From: Eledone cirrhosa
Taxonomy: Eukaryota
Length of the DNA: 64,000 nucleotides
Reading direction: 5' to 3'
NCBI GenBank assembly: GCA_964016885.1
Contig: OZ024742.1
Span: forward strand, 255,564,001 to 255,628,000
Shown: in pieces, positions 1-13,689 of the stretch
How positions within the stretch are numbered: the stretch's first letter is position 1
Layout: every line of letters begins with the position of its first letter
Translations under genes and position numbers: made by a program
The notes under the pieces: generated by a model
Seen by the model: the letters and a program-made list of their open reading frames with translations, nothing else
The model's database searches: none
What the model was told of the DNA's origin: nothing

Positions 1-111
1 GAAATATTCAAATATAATATATAAAAAAATAAAAAAATAAAATACTGAACAATGAAGAAGAAGTAGTTATAAGTTGAATTATAGGAAGAGGGAGATAGTA
101 AAGCAGAATAC

Positions 112-297
112 GGATTGGAAGTATTGGTAGAGGGTCGGACGCTATGCTTTGACGCATAGAGTTACGGCCCTTGCTATTCTGAGTTCGAATCTCGCCGAGG
201 TTAACTTTGCCTTTCATCCTTACGGGGTCGATAAAATAAAGTACAAGTAATATACTGGATAATTACTGGCCTTGTGCCAAAAAGTACAAACAATTAT
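112..297 (+). mobile_element. tRNA-derived SINE (family A; central domain resembles the Meta/Sauria-type SINE domain)
   Basis: B-box-like GAGTTCGAATCTC, then GAGGTTAACTTTGCCTTTCATCCTTACGGGGTCGATAAAATAAAGTAC and tail GGCCTTGTGCC...AAACAATTAT; about 18 homologous copies in the window. Confidence 0.85.
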
Positions 298-338
298 ATA
301 TACATATATATATATAAAATATGTATATATATATATAT

Positions 339-401
<63 letters not shown>

Positions 402-411
402 AACAAGTATG

Positions 412-507
412 ACCTCGACGGCAGAGCTCAAGCCGTTTCGACGGCTAATTCTGGACTAAATAAGAATTTTTAGCCAGGTAAATAAATAGCCGAACTTCTC
501 AGGGGGT
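412..507 (-). ncRNA. Type I hammerhead ribozyme motif at a PLE 3' end (family P1)
   Basis: Minus strand reads ACCCC-CTGAGAA-gttCGGCTATT...AATTAGCCGtc-GAAA-CGGC-ttgagctct-GCCG-TC-GAGGT; stems I/II/III and a GUC site are present, with core G8 replaced by A. Confidence 0.7.
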
Positions 508-849
508 AATTCCATTTATGGGAAGAAAGTAATTGTCAAAAGGATTGGTCAATAATTTGTTGTAAAGACCTATGATTCTATCATGGCATTTAGTGGAAGG
601 TAGGGGTAGTTGAGCTTGCTGGTAGAATAAAGAGGGAGTGGGTGAACCCAGTCAAGTGTTGAAAGTGAAATCTATACAGCAGATTCTAAGGATAGTGTAA
701 AAATGAGGAAATAAATATATAAAAAATATAAAAAACAATTTCTGGTTACTACTCCATCCCCACAATCACCAAATCTCTCATTGGTATTGCTAAGCTATAG
801 AAAAGTTTAATAGGTGGAGAAGAATCCTAAATACAGATTGTAGTGAAAG

Positions 850-1240
850 AATTTTATAAAGCCATCTTTACAGACAATTTTATAAAGACATCTTTACACT
901 GATATAGTTAGTAGTAATCAGCCAATGCTATCTTACAATGACAGGTTAATAAATTGAGGACAAACATACTAAAAAACTAATACGAAATATTAATTCAGAA
1001 AGCTAATACATAAATACTAATACAAGAATACTAATGCAAAAATACCACGAACAATTTTATAAAGCCATCTTTACAGGGGATCTAACGCCACTACTATAGT
1101 TAGTAGTAATCAGCCAATGCTATCTTACAATGACAGGTTAATAGGTTGAGGACAAACATACTAAAAAACTAATACGAAATATTAATTCAGAATACTAATA
1201 CATAAATACTAATACAAGAATACTAATGCAAAAATGCCAC
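850..1240. repeat. Tandem duplication of a ~180-200 bp unit
   Basis: AATTTTATAAAGCCATCTTTACAG...TAGTTAGTAGTAATCAGCCAATGC...ACTAATGCAAAAAT occurs twice (~850-1048 and ~1053-1240). Confidence 0.85.
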
Positions 1241-1329
1241 TATGAAATTTAGAAATCACGGAAATGAAGCAGCAACCAGAAAGAAAGCAATTATCTGGGG
1301 TCTAACACATCTGCCATAAAAAGCGTAAT

Positions 1330-2080
1330 CGGCCAATTCTATCTTAAAATTGGGGGTACTGAGGCTACAGAGGACCGATGAACTGCATCGGGGTGGGCGA
1401 AAAGGCCGCCTTGGACTTTGCCGAAACACTCGCGCCCATCACCGACCAGGAAAGAAATATCATCCTCCACGACAGGAAGACAGTCCTACTTTTAAAACAA
1501 CTCCAAATGGACAAATATAGCTTTTGACTCCCCCTTTGACGTTAGTATGGGCGCGGCGGATTCGGCTGAGGTCTCAGATCTTATAGGATTATTCCTACTA
1601 TTTAAACTCACCAAAATGTTTCCTGCATTCGGTGGTGGATTGTACCGTGATGATGGGCTCCTTACCCTCAAAGGGTACAACCCCAGTAGTACAGACCGGG
1701 TCCGTAATTAATCAGCTTCTTCCGCGACTGGGGATTTAAAATAACCCTACAAACGTCCCTAACCCGAGTAAACTTCCTGGACGTTCCCTTAACCTCGATA
1801 ATGATCTGTACTACCCATAGAGGAAACCAAACGACAACCTGCATTATATCCACCGCCGGTCGAACCATCCTAGAAACATCACCAATTACCTGGTTAAAAA
1901 CATCCCCCTCCGAATATCTCGCTTGTCCGCTAATGAGCAGATATTCGATGAACTTATTACAACCAGGCCCTCAAGCGGAGTGGCTTCCGGGAGGAAATAT
2001 CCTATTATCCAGCTTCCATTAGCGGAACCAGCAAGCAACACCGCCGCTCACGCAACGTAACGTGGTTCAATCCTCCCCAC
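1330..2080 (+). pseudogene. Degraded Penelope-like (Naiad-type) reverse transcriptase fragment
   Basis: Translation at ~1540-1660 gives VSMGAADSAEVSDLIGLFLL...GGGLYRDDGL, later VNFLDV and VTWFNPP; similar to the PLE ORF at 41411-43746; frameshifted. Confidence 0.85.
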
Positions 2081-2198
2081 AATATAGAAGAGCTTCTACA
2101 GGACTAGAACTGTTTCATTCGTGAGAAATAATCAGGAAGCTTCCTGGTGATTTCTCACGAATGAAACAGTTCTAGTCCTGTAGAAGGTCTTCTATATT
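2081..2198. mobile_element. 118-bp palindrome carrying the hammerhead 3' half (GAAAC...GTC) in both arms
   Basis: Near-perfect inverted repeat centred on GGAAGCTTCC; arm reads ...TCACGAAT-GAAAC-AGTTCTA-GTC-CTGTAG; followed by (TA)n. Confidence 0.75.
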
Positions 2199-2382
2199 AA
2201 TATATATATATATAGATTTATTTAATTATGTCTCATATAAAATAATACAACCAATTATCTACGGAATTCTATATAGTTAGCACCCCAAACACATAATTTG
2301 GATTATACTCAGGTATATCCTAATGTTTGTTGAGTGAGATGAAGTTGGTCAAGGTATCGCTAAAGCTTCTCTGTTAATGTAT

Positions 2383-2430
<48 letters not shown>

Positions 2431-2559
2431 AATCTAATTGCTAAGCATACTAGTAAAGAAGAAGAAGAAGAAGAAGAAGAAGAAGAAGAAGATTATATAA
2501 CAAAACACATGAGAAAAATATACAGAACAGCAACAATTGTAAATCGCCCATCGATAAAA

Positions 2560-3600
2560 TTTACGGCACCACTACTACCACTACAAGTACCATTATAACA
2601 GTCATGACCAACACAACTGTCACCAGCATCACCACCATCACCACGACCACTAACAACATCAAGAACAAAATTGCCAACATCACAACGACGACGACACCAC
2701 CAGAACCCAAAACGAAAACAACGCCAACACAATGACCACCACCAACAGTAACAGCAACAACAACAACAACACCACAAACAACAACATTCCCATCAACACC
2801 AACACAATCATCACCATCAACAACAATACCACCACCACTACCACCACTACCACCAACAACAACAACAACAACAGCACCACCACAAACAACAACATTCCCA
2901 TCAATACCAACACAATCATCACCATCAACAACAATACCACCACCACCACCACCACTACCACCACCACCACCACCACCACCACCACTACCACCACCACCAC
3001 CAACAACAACAACAGCACCACCACAAACAACAACATTCCCATCAACACCAACACAATCATGACCATAAACAACAATACCACCACCACCACCACCACCACC
3101 GCTACCACCACCACCACCACCACCACCACCACCACCAACAACAACAGCACCACCACAAACAACAACATTCCCATCAATACCAACACAATCATCACCATCA
3201 ACAACAATACCACCACCACTACCACCACTACCACCACTACCACCACCACCACCACCACCACCACCACTATCACCACCACCACTACCAACAACACCAGCAC
3301 CACCACAAACAACAACGTTCCCATCAACACCAACACATTCATCACCATCAACAATAATACCACCACCACCACTACCACCACCACCACCACCACCACCACC
3401 ACCTCTAACAACACCACACCCACAAGGACGATGACGACAGCATACACACCAACATCAATATCACCGCCACAGACAACAACACGAACTACATCATCAGCCG
3501 CAACACCGCCATCAATACCAACAACAACACCAGCAGAACCACCAGCATCAACAGCAACAACATCACCAACAACAATAACAACAAGAACAACAACAATACT
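2560..3600 (+). repeat. Compound (ACC)n/(AAC)n repeat with a higher-order unit; Thr/Asn-rich open frame 2732-3616
   Basis: Unit CACCACAAACAACAACATTCCCATCAACACCAACACAATCATCACCATCAACAACAATAC plus (CAC)n occurs 5 times. Confidence 0.85.
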
Positions 3601-3842
3601 TCACGCGAACTTATGAGAATGAAATAGAAAGAATAATGTTGGAATGTTGAACAATGATAAATCAGCGATTTGGAGGTGATGTAGGGTTGGGTGAAGATTA
3701 CAGATATAACCTTCTAAAATTTTTATGGAAATAAAAATAACCCAAATGTTAAAACAAATATTTGAACAGACGCATATTTAATTTCTTGTATTCATGAATA
3801 TATAAACGTATAAATTAGTTAAGTCTTAACGTACGTTGTCAC

Positions 3843-4722
3843 ATGACTGCACATTAGCAAGACATTCTGGAAAAGTACCAAACCACCATGACTCTGACAT
3901 TGTTTACGCATGGTACCACATTAGCAAGACATTCTTGGGGAGTACACACCTACCATGAGTCAATCACATTAAGACATGGTACCACATTAGCAAGACATTC
4001 TTGGGGAGTACATACCTACCATGAGTCAATCACATTAAGACATGGTACCACATTAGCAAGACATTCTTGGAATGTACAAATCTACCTTCACTCAATCACG
4101 TCGTTATTACATGGTACCGCATTAGCAAGACATAATTGGAATGTACGCACCTACCATAACTCAATCACAGCATTAATACATGGTACCGCATTAGCAAGAC
4201 ATAATTGGAATGTACGCACCTACCATGACTCAATCACAGCATTAATACATGTTACCACATTAGCAAGACATAATTGGAATGTACGCACCTACCATGACTC
4301 AATCACAGCATTAATACATGTTACCACATTAGCAAGACATTCTTGGAATGTACACACCTACCATGACTCAATCACATCGTTAACACATGATACAACATTA
4401 GCAAGACATTCTTGGAATGTACACACCTACCATGACTCAATCACATCGTTAACACATGATACAACATTAGCAAGACATTCTTGGAGAATACCAAACCTAC
4501 ACCGACTCCATCACTTCAATAACACATGGTGCCATATTAGGAAGACATTTTTCGAGAGTACAACTTACCTTGACTCCATCACAACGTTAACACATGGCAC
4601 CACATTAGGAAGATATTTTTGGAGAGTATACACATGCCTTGACTCCAATACATCGTTAACCATGGTACCACAATAACCAGACATTCTTAGAGAGTATAAA
4701 CCAACCATGACTCCATCACATC
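3843..4722 (+). repeat. 57/60-bp minisatellite, ~14-15 units
   Basis: Consensus CATGGTACCACATTAGCAAGACATTCTTGGAATGTACACACCTACCATGACTCAATCACATCGTTAACA; one frame is open over 3888-4676. Confidence 0.95.
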
Positions 4723-5539
4723 GAAATTTCAAATCTTCATGTTAGTTTCTTGAAAGTTTTGAGAGTAGGCGGATACTCGCGAGGTGGCAAGCGAACAATA
4801 GAAGGATCTTCTGAGGAAGAACTCCCATCAAGCAAGTGTTTTGACCCTTTATTTCTCTTGACACAAAGGGCGCCGTGCTCATCCAGATCATGACGCCAAA
4901 GTGTTCCGGTGTTTTTCTCCACCAGCGTGATATAAACCCGGAACCTTCCAGTGATCTTCTAACTCATTCCTGTGCTTTACACCACTTGGTCACGAAAATC
5001 ATCAGTAGAACTAACACTTCACATCTATTTAAATAACACTTAGTGGCCTGATGTATCCTATCTTAGCTCCAGTTGTCATTCCTCTTTCACCATAGTCACA
5101 TTGAACTTTACTCAGTTGTCTCTGACAGGCGTTTGATCGTTGCTGTTCTTCTTTGACCTCTGGTTCCAAGCTGACCTAATAGTTGACCCATGGAAGCTGT
5201 ATGAAAAGTACAATATCACCATGACTCCATCACATCGATATTTGAAATCTTCATGTTAGTTGACTGAAATCTTTCACAATATTTTATCCATTTACAAATA
5301 TAGAATGAGAAATTGAATTAACAAAATTGTTTTTAAACATTTTCTACTAAATAATTTTTGTTATTTAATGTTAAAAGTTAAATAAAGAAATATAACCTAA
5401 AAATGAAAATTCTGATTAATCTTTAAAAACAATAATTTCATCCGCCATTAAGAGTAGGCATATTAGCTACGGTCGATTGGACAACCCAGTAGTGGTCAAT
5501 GGTAAATAATTATCTATATTTTTGATGGACCGTCAGTCA

Positions 5540-5830
5540 GTTTCGACGTTGAGCATCCACTAATTCGACCAACGGGCTGCCCGAATAACGTCGTTTTGCT
5601 AAGTTTAATATCAGGATTTCTACTTCCAATGCATCCTCATGACTTAGAGTGCAATGGTGCATTAGTTTCGACAAGAAGTGTTCCAGTTGCTCGGTAAATG
5701 GCATAATCCGCTCATGAAGTTAACGTGCATATGCCTGATCATTCCAGAGACACATGTACGCTTAACGTAATTCTCAGGGAAATTCAGAATGACAGTGTAG
5801 GTGACAAGGCTGACCGTTTGAATTACAGGT
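5540..5830 (+). repeat. Interspersed repeat (family B; other copies ~6050-6140, 8690-8810, 25680-25780, 35985-36260, 36470-36570, 36770-36860(-), 48760-48870(-))
   Basis: Shared GCTCRTGAAATTAACGTGCA...CTCCACAGACAC...CTTAACGTAATTCTCAGGGARATTCAG...TTTGAATTACAGG motif. Confidence 0.7.
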
Positions 5831-6633
5831 AATGGCCACCTGATAATGGGCTTCGAAACAGTTTCCTTTTGCCAATTTCACTCGCAAGGCTTGTGTCGAC
5901 CCATGACTAAAACAAATTACCCTTGTCTGAGATGGAACACAATGAGATTGAAACCGGGGCTGCACGACTGCGAAATCGCCCTCTTAAGCATTCAACTGAA
6001 TTAAATAAAAGACATTGGTATGAGTATGAATAAGAACAAGGTACATGATAGATCCTCCGTTGGTTTCACCAATGAGCATCCAATTGTTTGATCATCTGAA
6101 CGTCCGGCTCATGAATTAGCCAGTAAGCGGTTGAGAAGTGTTAATCAGCATTTTTTAATGGTTGGTGGAGAGGAAACACTGAAAGTTAATACATCTGTAT
6201 TATACAGAATTTTGAATAAAATGACAGTAATTAAACATGACAGCGATACATATAGCAATATAACATCAAAATGAATACACAATCCAATATTAAGCACACA
6301 AACAGCTTACACAGATGTCATAAACCCGTGATTTATGGCATATATGTCTAACAGTGAAGCCTTAAAATTCAAATTCCTGTATTAATGCCATAGAATGCGA
6401 GCGAAGAAAGAAATAATTGCATAAAGTCCTATAAACTACACAAGCCCAGAGTAAGAGAGGCAGGCAAAATATATCAACAACACTCATGATGATAGGAGAT
6501 GAGAATGAGTACTCAACACCGTAGTAGTGTTTAAATATTCTTTATTATGGCTCAGGAATGTCTGGTCGGATGAGGTTGTAAGTACACAGAGGAAACGCCA
6601 GAATAACAAAACTCATCAAATAGCCATATTAAT

Positions 6634-6726
<93 letters not shown>

Positions 6727-6741
6727 CACACACGCACACAC

Positions 6742-6852
<111 letters not shown>

Positions 6853-7154
6853 AATATATATAAATATACGTATATATATATATATATATATATAAATCTT
6901 TACACTTGATATAAAACACCCCACGACAGTTTTTACATGTCAATTTTATACATCTGCCTCATGTCAGCTAGTTTTACACGCTAAAATCTTAGATATACTA
7001 TACTTCCCACCTAGATTGATGTTGTGATTATTTCAAATAATTTATTGCTAGCATTGTTGATATTGTTGTTATTGTTCTAATTGAATACCATTACTTCTGC
7101 ATATAGTAGCCTGTATATTCTTTTCATGCCTGTATATTCTCTTCATTCTCGCAA

Positions 7155-7260
7155 GCTCCGATGAACTGACTGGTTATAACTTTGTATTGGCGATCGAGTA
7201 ACGTGAAAATAAGCGGATAGCGATCTCTAGACCTACCAGTTCAGAGAAACAATTGTCAGC
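7155..7260 (+). ncRNA. Minimal type I hammerhead motif (PLE 3' end remnant)
   Basis: GCT-CCGATGA-aCTGACTGGT...ACCAGTTCAGa-GAAAC-AATT-GTC-AGC; palindromic tetraloop; U4C substitution; a tail and (TA)n follow. Confidence 0.7.
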
Positions 7261-7486
7261 AATGAGATTAAAAACCTTTTTTGTATAGCAAACCGTGTCA
7301 CTCTTCTTTCCCGATTTATTAATACTCCAAGTGTTTACAACATAGGAATTACAGCGTACTCGCAGCATCACTATGGAAACGCCTTGTTGAGTCAAACTTA
7401 GCCAAGCGTTGATATCATCCACTACCCGGAGTACCATAACTGGACTACACCGAAGTGGACTGCATATAACAATTATTTGTTACCCC

Positions 7487-7585
<99 letters not shown>

Positions 7586-7636
7586 TATATTTATTAAAAT
7601 AACAGATTAAAGTTTAAGCAAAGAATTTATTATTAT

Positions 7637-7723
<87 letters not shown>

Positions 7724-7899
7724 TATTATATATATCAGAATGGAGGCGGTAAAAACCAGTTAGACCATTACTCACCAGAGTACTCGATACTTGGAGTAGT
7801 AGAGCGGATAGTATGAAACGACCGAATTTGAAATTCCTGATACAATTATGACACTCAGATGTCCAGTCTTTCCGTTCCATTGACACTTGCTCAAAGGGC

Positions 7900-8690
7900 G
7901 AGGTATATTGATTGCTGAAATATTCCTTTCCAGTTTGTATGTTTTTGCACCTAAGCTATGGCCATCTAATATTTCTATGTTCACTATCAAGATTGCTAAA
8001 CTCGTCCCTCATTCTGCTGACATGACCAGCCCAATATAGTTGGGATTGCTCGAGAAAGGTCTCAATGCGCCCAATTTTGCACTTATTGAAGAAGTCGGCG
8101 TTAAATCTTTTGTCTTAAAAGTTGTAACCACGAATTACTCGAAGAAAATCGTTATGAAAGACGTCGAAATGATTGATGCACTTCCTATGTGGAGTCCAAG
8201 ATTCTGACCCATACAAGAGCGTGGTTAGAACGATCATTTATAAAGCTATGCCTTTGTGCCGTCGTATGGCCCTTCTTATTCCAGAGGCCATAACGAAGTT
8301 TGCTAAATGCACTCGTAGATATCCCTGTACGATTGATTATCTCCTCATCGAGAGATGGATTTGAGTTCATTTTACTGCCAAGACTTAAGAACAATTTCAC
8401 ATACTTGAAATTTTTCCCATCAATCTTTATAGTGGCGTTTGGGAAGTAGTGGTTTGCTGGTTTCTGTTTGACACCTGGTATTTGTCGGGCATAAATCATG
8501 CCTGGCGGATCACCTCTGTGTTTTTATGTTGATAGTAAACTCAAGGGATTTATTTGCAACAGAAAAACAGTTTACATGTTCGTGGTATTCGTATGAAGAT
8601 GTTGCTACTAGTGCAGCGTCATTTGTGAAAAGAAAGTCACAAATGGTGCTTTTCCGCAAACGCTTCTTAGCTTTGTCTATGATCGACATC
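7900..8690 (-). pseudogene. Degraded RTE-clade LINE ORF2 fragment (RT C-terminal region)
   Basis: ICDFLFTNDAALVA, INIKT, FLSLGS...SLDEEIINRTGISTSAFSKL and YGSESWT-like segments; frameshifted. Confidence 0.7.
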
Positions 8691-8824
8691 CGTCGTTTCT
8701 GACGACGCGTATTCCGGAACATCAAGCTCATTAAATTAACGTGACTGACAATTCCAGACACATGCGCTCTTAATATATTTCCCAATGAGATTCAGCATAA
8801 CTCATTGTGGAGTAAAGCTGTTTA

Positions 8825-8848
8825 TCTATATATATAAAACTGAGGATG

Positions 8849-8890
<42 letters not shown>

Positions 8891-9447
8891 TTTGAATCCC
8901 TAAAACTCGAGAAGTACCCAACCCACTTTTTTCAAACTTTACATGTGTATTACTTATGTTTCAGGGAGTGTTATGCACATAAAAAATTCAACTTTTTGAT
9001 CCCCTAGCATTAGGTGAAAAACTGCGTTTTTTCAGCTTTTAGGTTTTTTTTAAGGCATTACGTCAAACCGATTACCTTGAAATTGTAACTATGTATTAGT
9101 CAGTCTCTTCTTCATACCGTGAGCAAAGAAAATCCAACATTTTATGGCCTAAAACTTCATTTTTTCAGTTATTTAGGGCTTTTTTGAGGCGTTATGTCTA
9201 GCCGATTTTCCCGAAATGTCAAGGTATATTATGCACATAAAGAAAATTCATTTTCTTGATCCCCTAGGTGAAAACCTGCATTTTTCCTGCTTCATCGAGG
9301 AAAATCTTAAAGATTATCCAGCCATCAGAGTATTCGGTTTATTTTTTTTACATATTGTCCACGCATGCAGTTTTTCCACGATTAGGTCTGTTGGCGGCCC
9401 GCGTTCCAAAATACCTCTTCCTGTGCTACGCCGGGTACCACTGCTAA
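8825..9447 (+). mobile_element. Non-autonomous Helitron
   Basis: 5' TCTATATATATAAAAC followed by (GT)n; internal CCGATT..AAAT repeats; 3' hairpin CCTGTGCTACGCCGGG then CTAA (CTRR); sits between A and T with no TSD. Confidence 0.75.
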
Positions 9448-9714
9448 TTTAAAATAAAGTACATTGTATTTCACAGGGACATCGTGAAATAGTACCTTGC
9501 TCAAAGAAAGAACCCGAAAAAAAATTCCCGATTTTATGATTGCGAACTGAAATACCATAAGCACTTAACTGAACACATTCACACATACACACATAGAAAC
9601 TGCCACACACAGACACTCACACAGACGCAGACACACAGACATGTACATGGACATACACACAGATACATATGCACGCACACACACACACACACACAGACAC
9701 ACACACGCGCACGC

Positions 9715-9751
<37 letters not shown>

Positions 9752-9984
9752 TATATATATATATATATACACACATGGGGAGAGATAGAGAGGTAAAGCG
9801 AGTAAGAGGTGAGAGAGAGGAGAGAGGGAGTGAAAGAGAAAGGGAATGACATTGTGTGGTCGTGCAATCAATCAGCAGTTGTTGTTTCTGCCGTAATATT
9901 CTGCCCTATAGATGACCTATAAAAGTCGCGATGTGATAGGTTTATGGTGATGTCATTGTGGAGAGAATATAGGCTCTATCTTAA

Positions 9985-10175
9985 GTAATATATTACCATT
10001 TTCTACATTACTAAACAACAACAGTATTTGGCGCTATTTATTACAAGTTTGTACATCCCTAAACAACCAACAGTATTTGGCTATATATATTACTAGTTTC
10101 TACATCCCAAAACAACCAGTATTTGGCTATATATATTACCTGTTTCTAAATAACTAAAGAACCAGAAGTATTTGG
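9985..10175. repeat. Degenerate ~45-55 bp tandem repeat
   Basis: AACAACCAACAGTATTTGGCTATATATATTAC...TTTCTACAT repeated ~4 times. Confidence 0.7.
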
Positions 10176-10559
10176 CTTTTTTTTCCTGTTTTTTTCCCTC
10201 TATATTTCCTTTCAAGAAATGTTGAACGCTTACAGCTTTGGATCGGAAACGAGCGAGAAAACACATACACACACATATGCACACAAAACACGCAGTCACT
10301 CTCTTCCTCACATATGTATATGCATACACATACACATATGGTCACGAGAACACATGGGTAAGCAAATAACAAAGTATATAATCACCCATATATATGTATA
10401 TTTGTATATAGATGTATATACAGTTACAATCACACACACATATACATATATGTACGTATACATACAAACATACATATACACATGCATATAAACATACATA
10501 TAAACATACTAATACATATAACTATCCATGCATACCTGTATATGTATGCATGTGTGCAC

Positions 10560-11344
<785 letters not shown>

Positions 11345-11929
11345 GCGAGAAAAAAAACGATGGCAGCTCGTTGGCATGAAAATATTATGTATGTATAGTG
11401 GTATAAAAATATCGACAACAACAAAAAAATATTTTATATGATGATTTGGTTATTGTAATAGGATGGTTGTATACATACATACATATTCAGATATTTCTCA
11501 TTGATTGGGCTGAGAATGTGCCAATAATATTCTATATATTGCAATGATTTATAAGGTCGTAGAAAAAAAAAATAAGTTCAAGAAAAAAATTGATAACAAA
11601 TATTTTTTTTTTCCGCTTTTTTAGCTATGAGGAAAATGTATTGATTGCATATATATAGGAAAAGACATTTTAGATTGAGAATTCTGTAAACGAGAACATG
11701 TAACGCTTTGGTTTTACTATTTCAAAGGCGGAAGATATGAGGACGTTCATGACTGTCTTTTACAAGCATATTTCTACATATAATAATTAGCAATGTGATT
11801 TTATTTGCTGTCACGCTAACGAGACAGTATGGAAGCATGAGGCAGGAAGGCAGTTAAAATGGCAAGTAGGGCGGGAATTATATTTGGAAAAGTAGAATGA
11901 AAGTGAATGGGAGAGTAAGGTGTCAAACA

Positions 11930-11996
<67 letters not shown>

Positions 11997-12258
11997 TGAA
12001 GATGAGAGTGAGTGAGTGTGTGAGAGAGAGAGATGGAGGGTGTGTGAGTCAGAGAAGGAATGAAATGGGAGTGTGAGTGAGTGTAATAGATTAGATCATT
12101 GTTGTAAGGATATTGTTGTAAGGATACTTCGTTGCATTTGGTGTATATTGTAGGGCTGTGATTTTGAAGTCCCGAATTTCTTCATGTCTTTCCCCTCATT
12201 TGAGGTGCGAGGTGACCTTTCATGCATTCCACTCTGTTTTGTACTGATTATTCTATTT

Positions 12259-12817
12259 ATTGGCTGTTTCGGTGGAGAATCGGACACCATACATTGCAGC
12301 TTAGAGTAACGGCCCTTTACGGTCTGAGTTCAAATTCTGGCGAGGTTAACTTTGCCTTTCATCCTCACGAGGTCGATAAAATAAAGCACCGGTAACGTAC
12401 TGGGGACGATTTAATTGACTTTCCCCTCCCCCCCCCAAATTACTGACCTTGTGTCTATACTAGAAATCATTATTACCTTTTTGAGTTCAAATCCCGCCGA
12501 GGTTAACTTTGCCTGTCATCCTTATGGGGGTTGATAAAATAAAGTACCAGTAATACACTGGGGAATTGCTGGCTTTGTGCCAAAAGTAGAAACAATTATT
12601 ACCTAAATATTAGGTAATAAAAGGGCGGTGGATTGGTAGTATCGGTTGAAAGTCGGACGCCATGCTTTGACGCATTGAGTTACGGCCCTTGCCATTCTGA
12701 GTTCAAATCCCGCCGAGGTTAACTTTGCTTTTCATCCTTACGGGGTCGATAAAATAAAGTACCTGTAATACACTGGGGAATTGCTGGCTTTGTGCCAAAA
12801 GTAGAAACAATTATTAC
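12259..12817 (+). mobile_element. Three head-to-tail family A SINEs
   Basis: Copies ~12259-12477, 12481-12603 and 12623-12817, each ending ...ATTATTACC. Confidence 0.9.
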
Positions 12818-13384
12818 CTAAATATTGACGTGTCTTTAGCGTGCAGTCTACCGGACTAGCTGTGGTGTATATTGTGTAATGAACTAACCTTACTATCGAG
12901 TCAAGTTTTGTAGCTAAGGTAGACCACATACTAAGTATAAATGGCCAGTTAGACCTCATGCTAAATTCTAAATGGCCAGGTTGGCATCATGCTAAAGTGT
13001 AAATGACCAGGAAGCTCGGATGCTAAAGTTTTCCAACAGTTATGATCAGCAGATGGTATCAACAATGCAAAGACCATTGGAAATATAGCTTTCTTACTTC
13101 AGGCTGATAATCATCTTCTTTTCTCTGCTAGAAGTTCCGACGTACAGTTAGTCTCAACAACGGAGAAACTAATGGAAACATTGTTTCCTTGGTCCGATCT
13201 GACAATAAATAATAACAAAAAGAACAAGAAGCAACAACAACAAAAAAACAAGGACAAAAAACAACTACCAGAAAAAAAAATGTAATGTAAGGTGAAAAAA
13301 GTAAAAAAATAAAACACAAATGAAAATATTGACATGGCCTTATAGACAATAACAAAAAGAACATGTCTGAAGATGACAGAAACA

Positions 13385-13483
13385 CATATCATCACCATCA
13401 CCATCACCACAACCATCAACGTCATCATCATCATCATCATCATCAACATTAGCATCGTCGTCATCATCATCATTAACATCATT

Positions 13484-13517
<34 letters not shown>

Positions 13518-13545
13518 CCATTATCATCATCATCATCTTGAACAA
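13385..13545. repeat. (CAT)n triplet repeat
   Basis: Direct inspection. Confidence 0.9.
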
Positions 13546-13689
13546 CATCATGATTACTGGATCGTGTACTGCATGTTGAGTCACAGCAAAGATCTTAGCC
13601 TGACTGAACTTTCCTGTGTATATGTGCTGAGCGAACTAGGATAGCCCTTTTAGGATAAATTTGTGATTCGAGCTCTATTTTCAAAAGAT

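Noticed and set aside
3843-4722. Possible CRISPR array
   Set aside because: Units are contiguous tandem repeats with no unique spacers; eukaryotic context and no cas genes
6316-6340. Inverted TGTCATAAA...TGATTTATGGCA, resembling Hox/Pbx/Cdx sites
   Set aside because: A short motif expected by chance in AT-rich DNA; no gene or conservation evidence available
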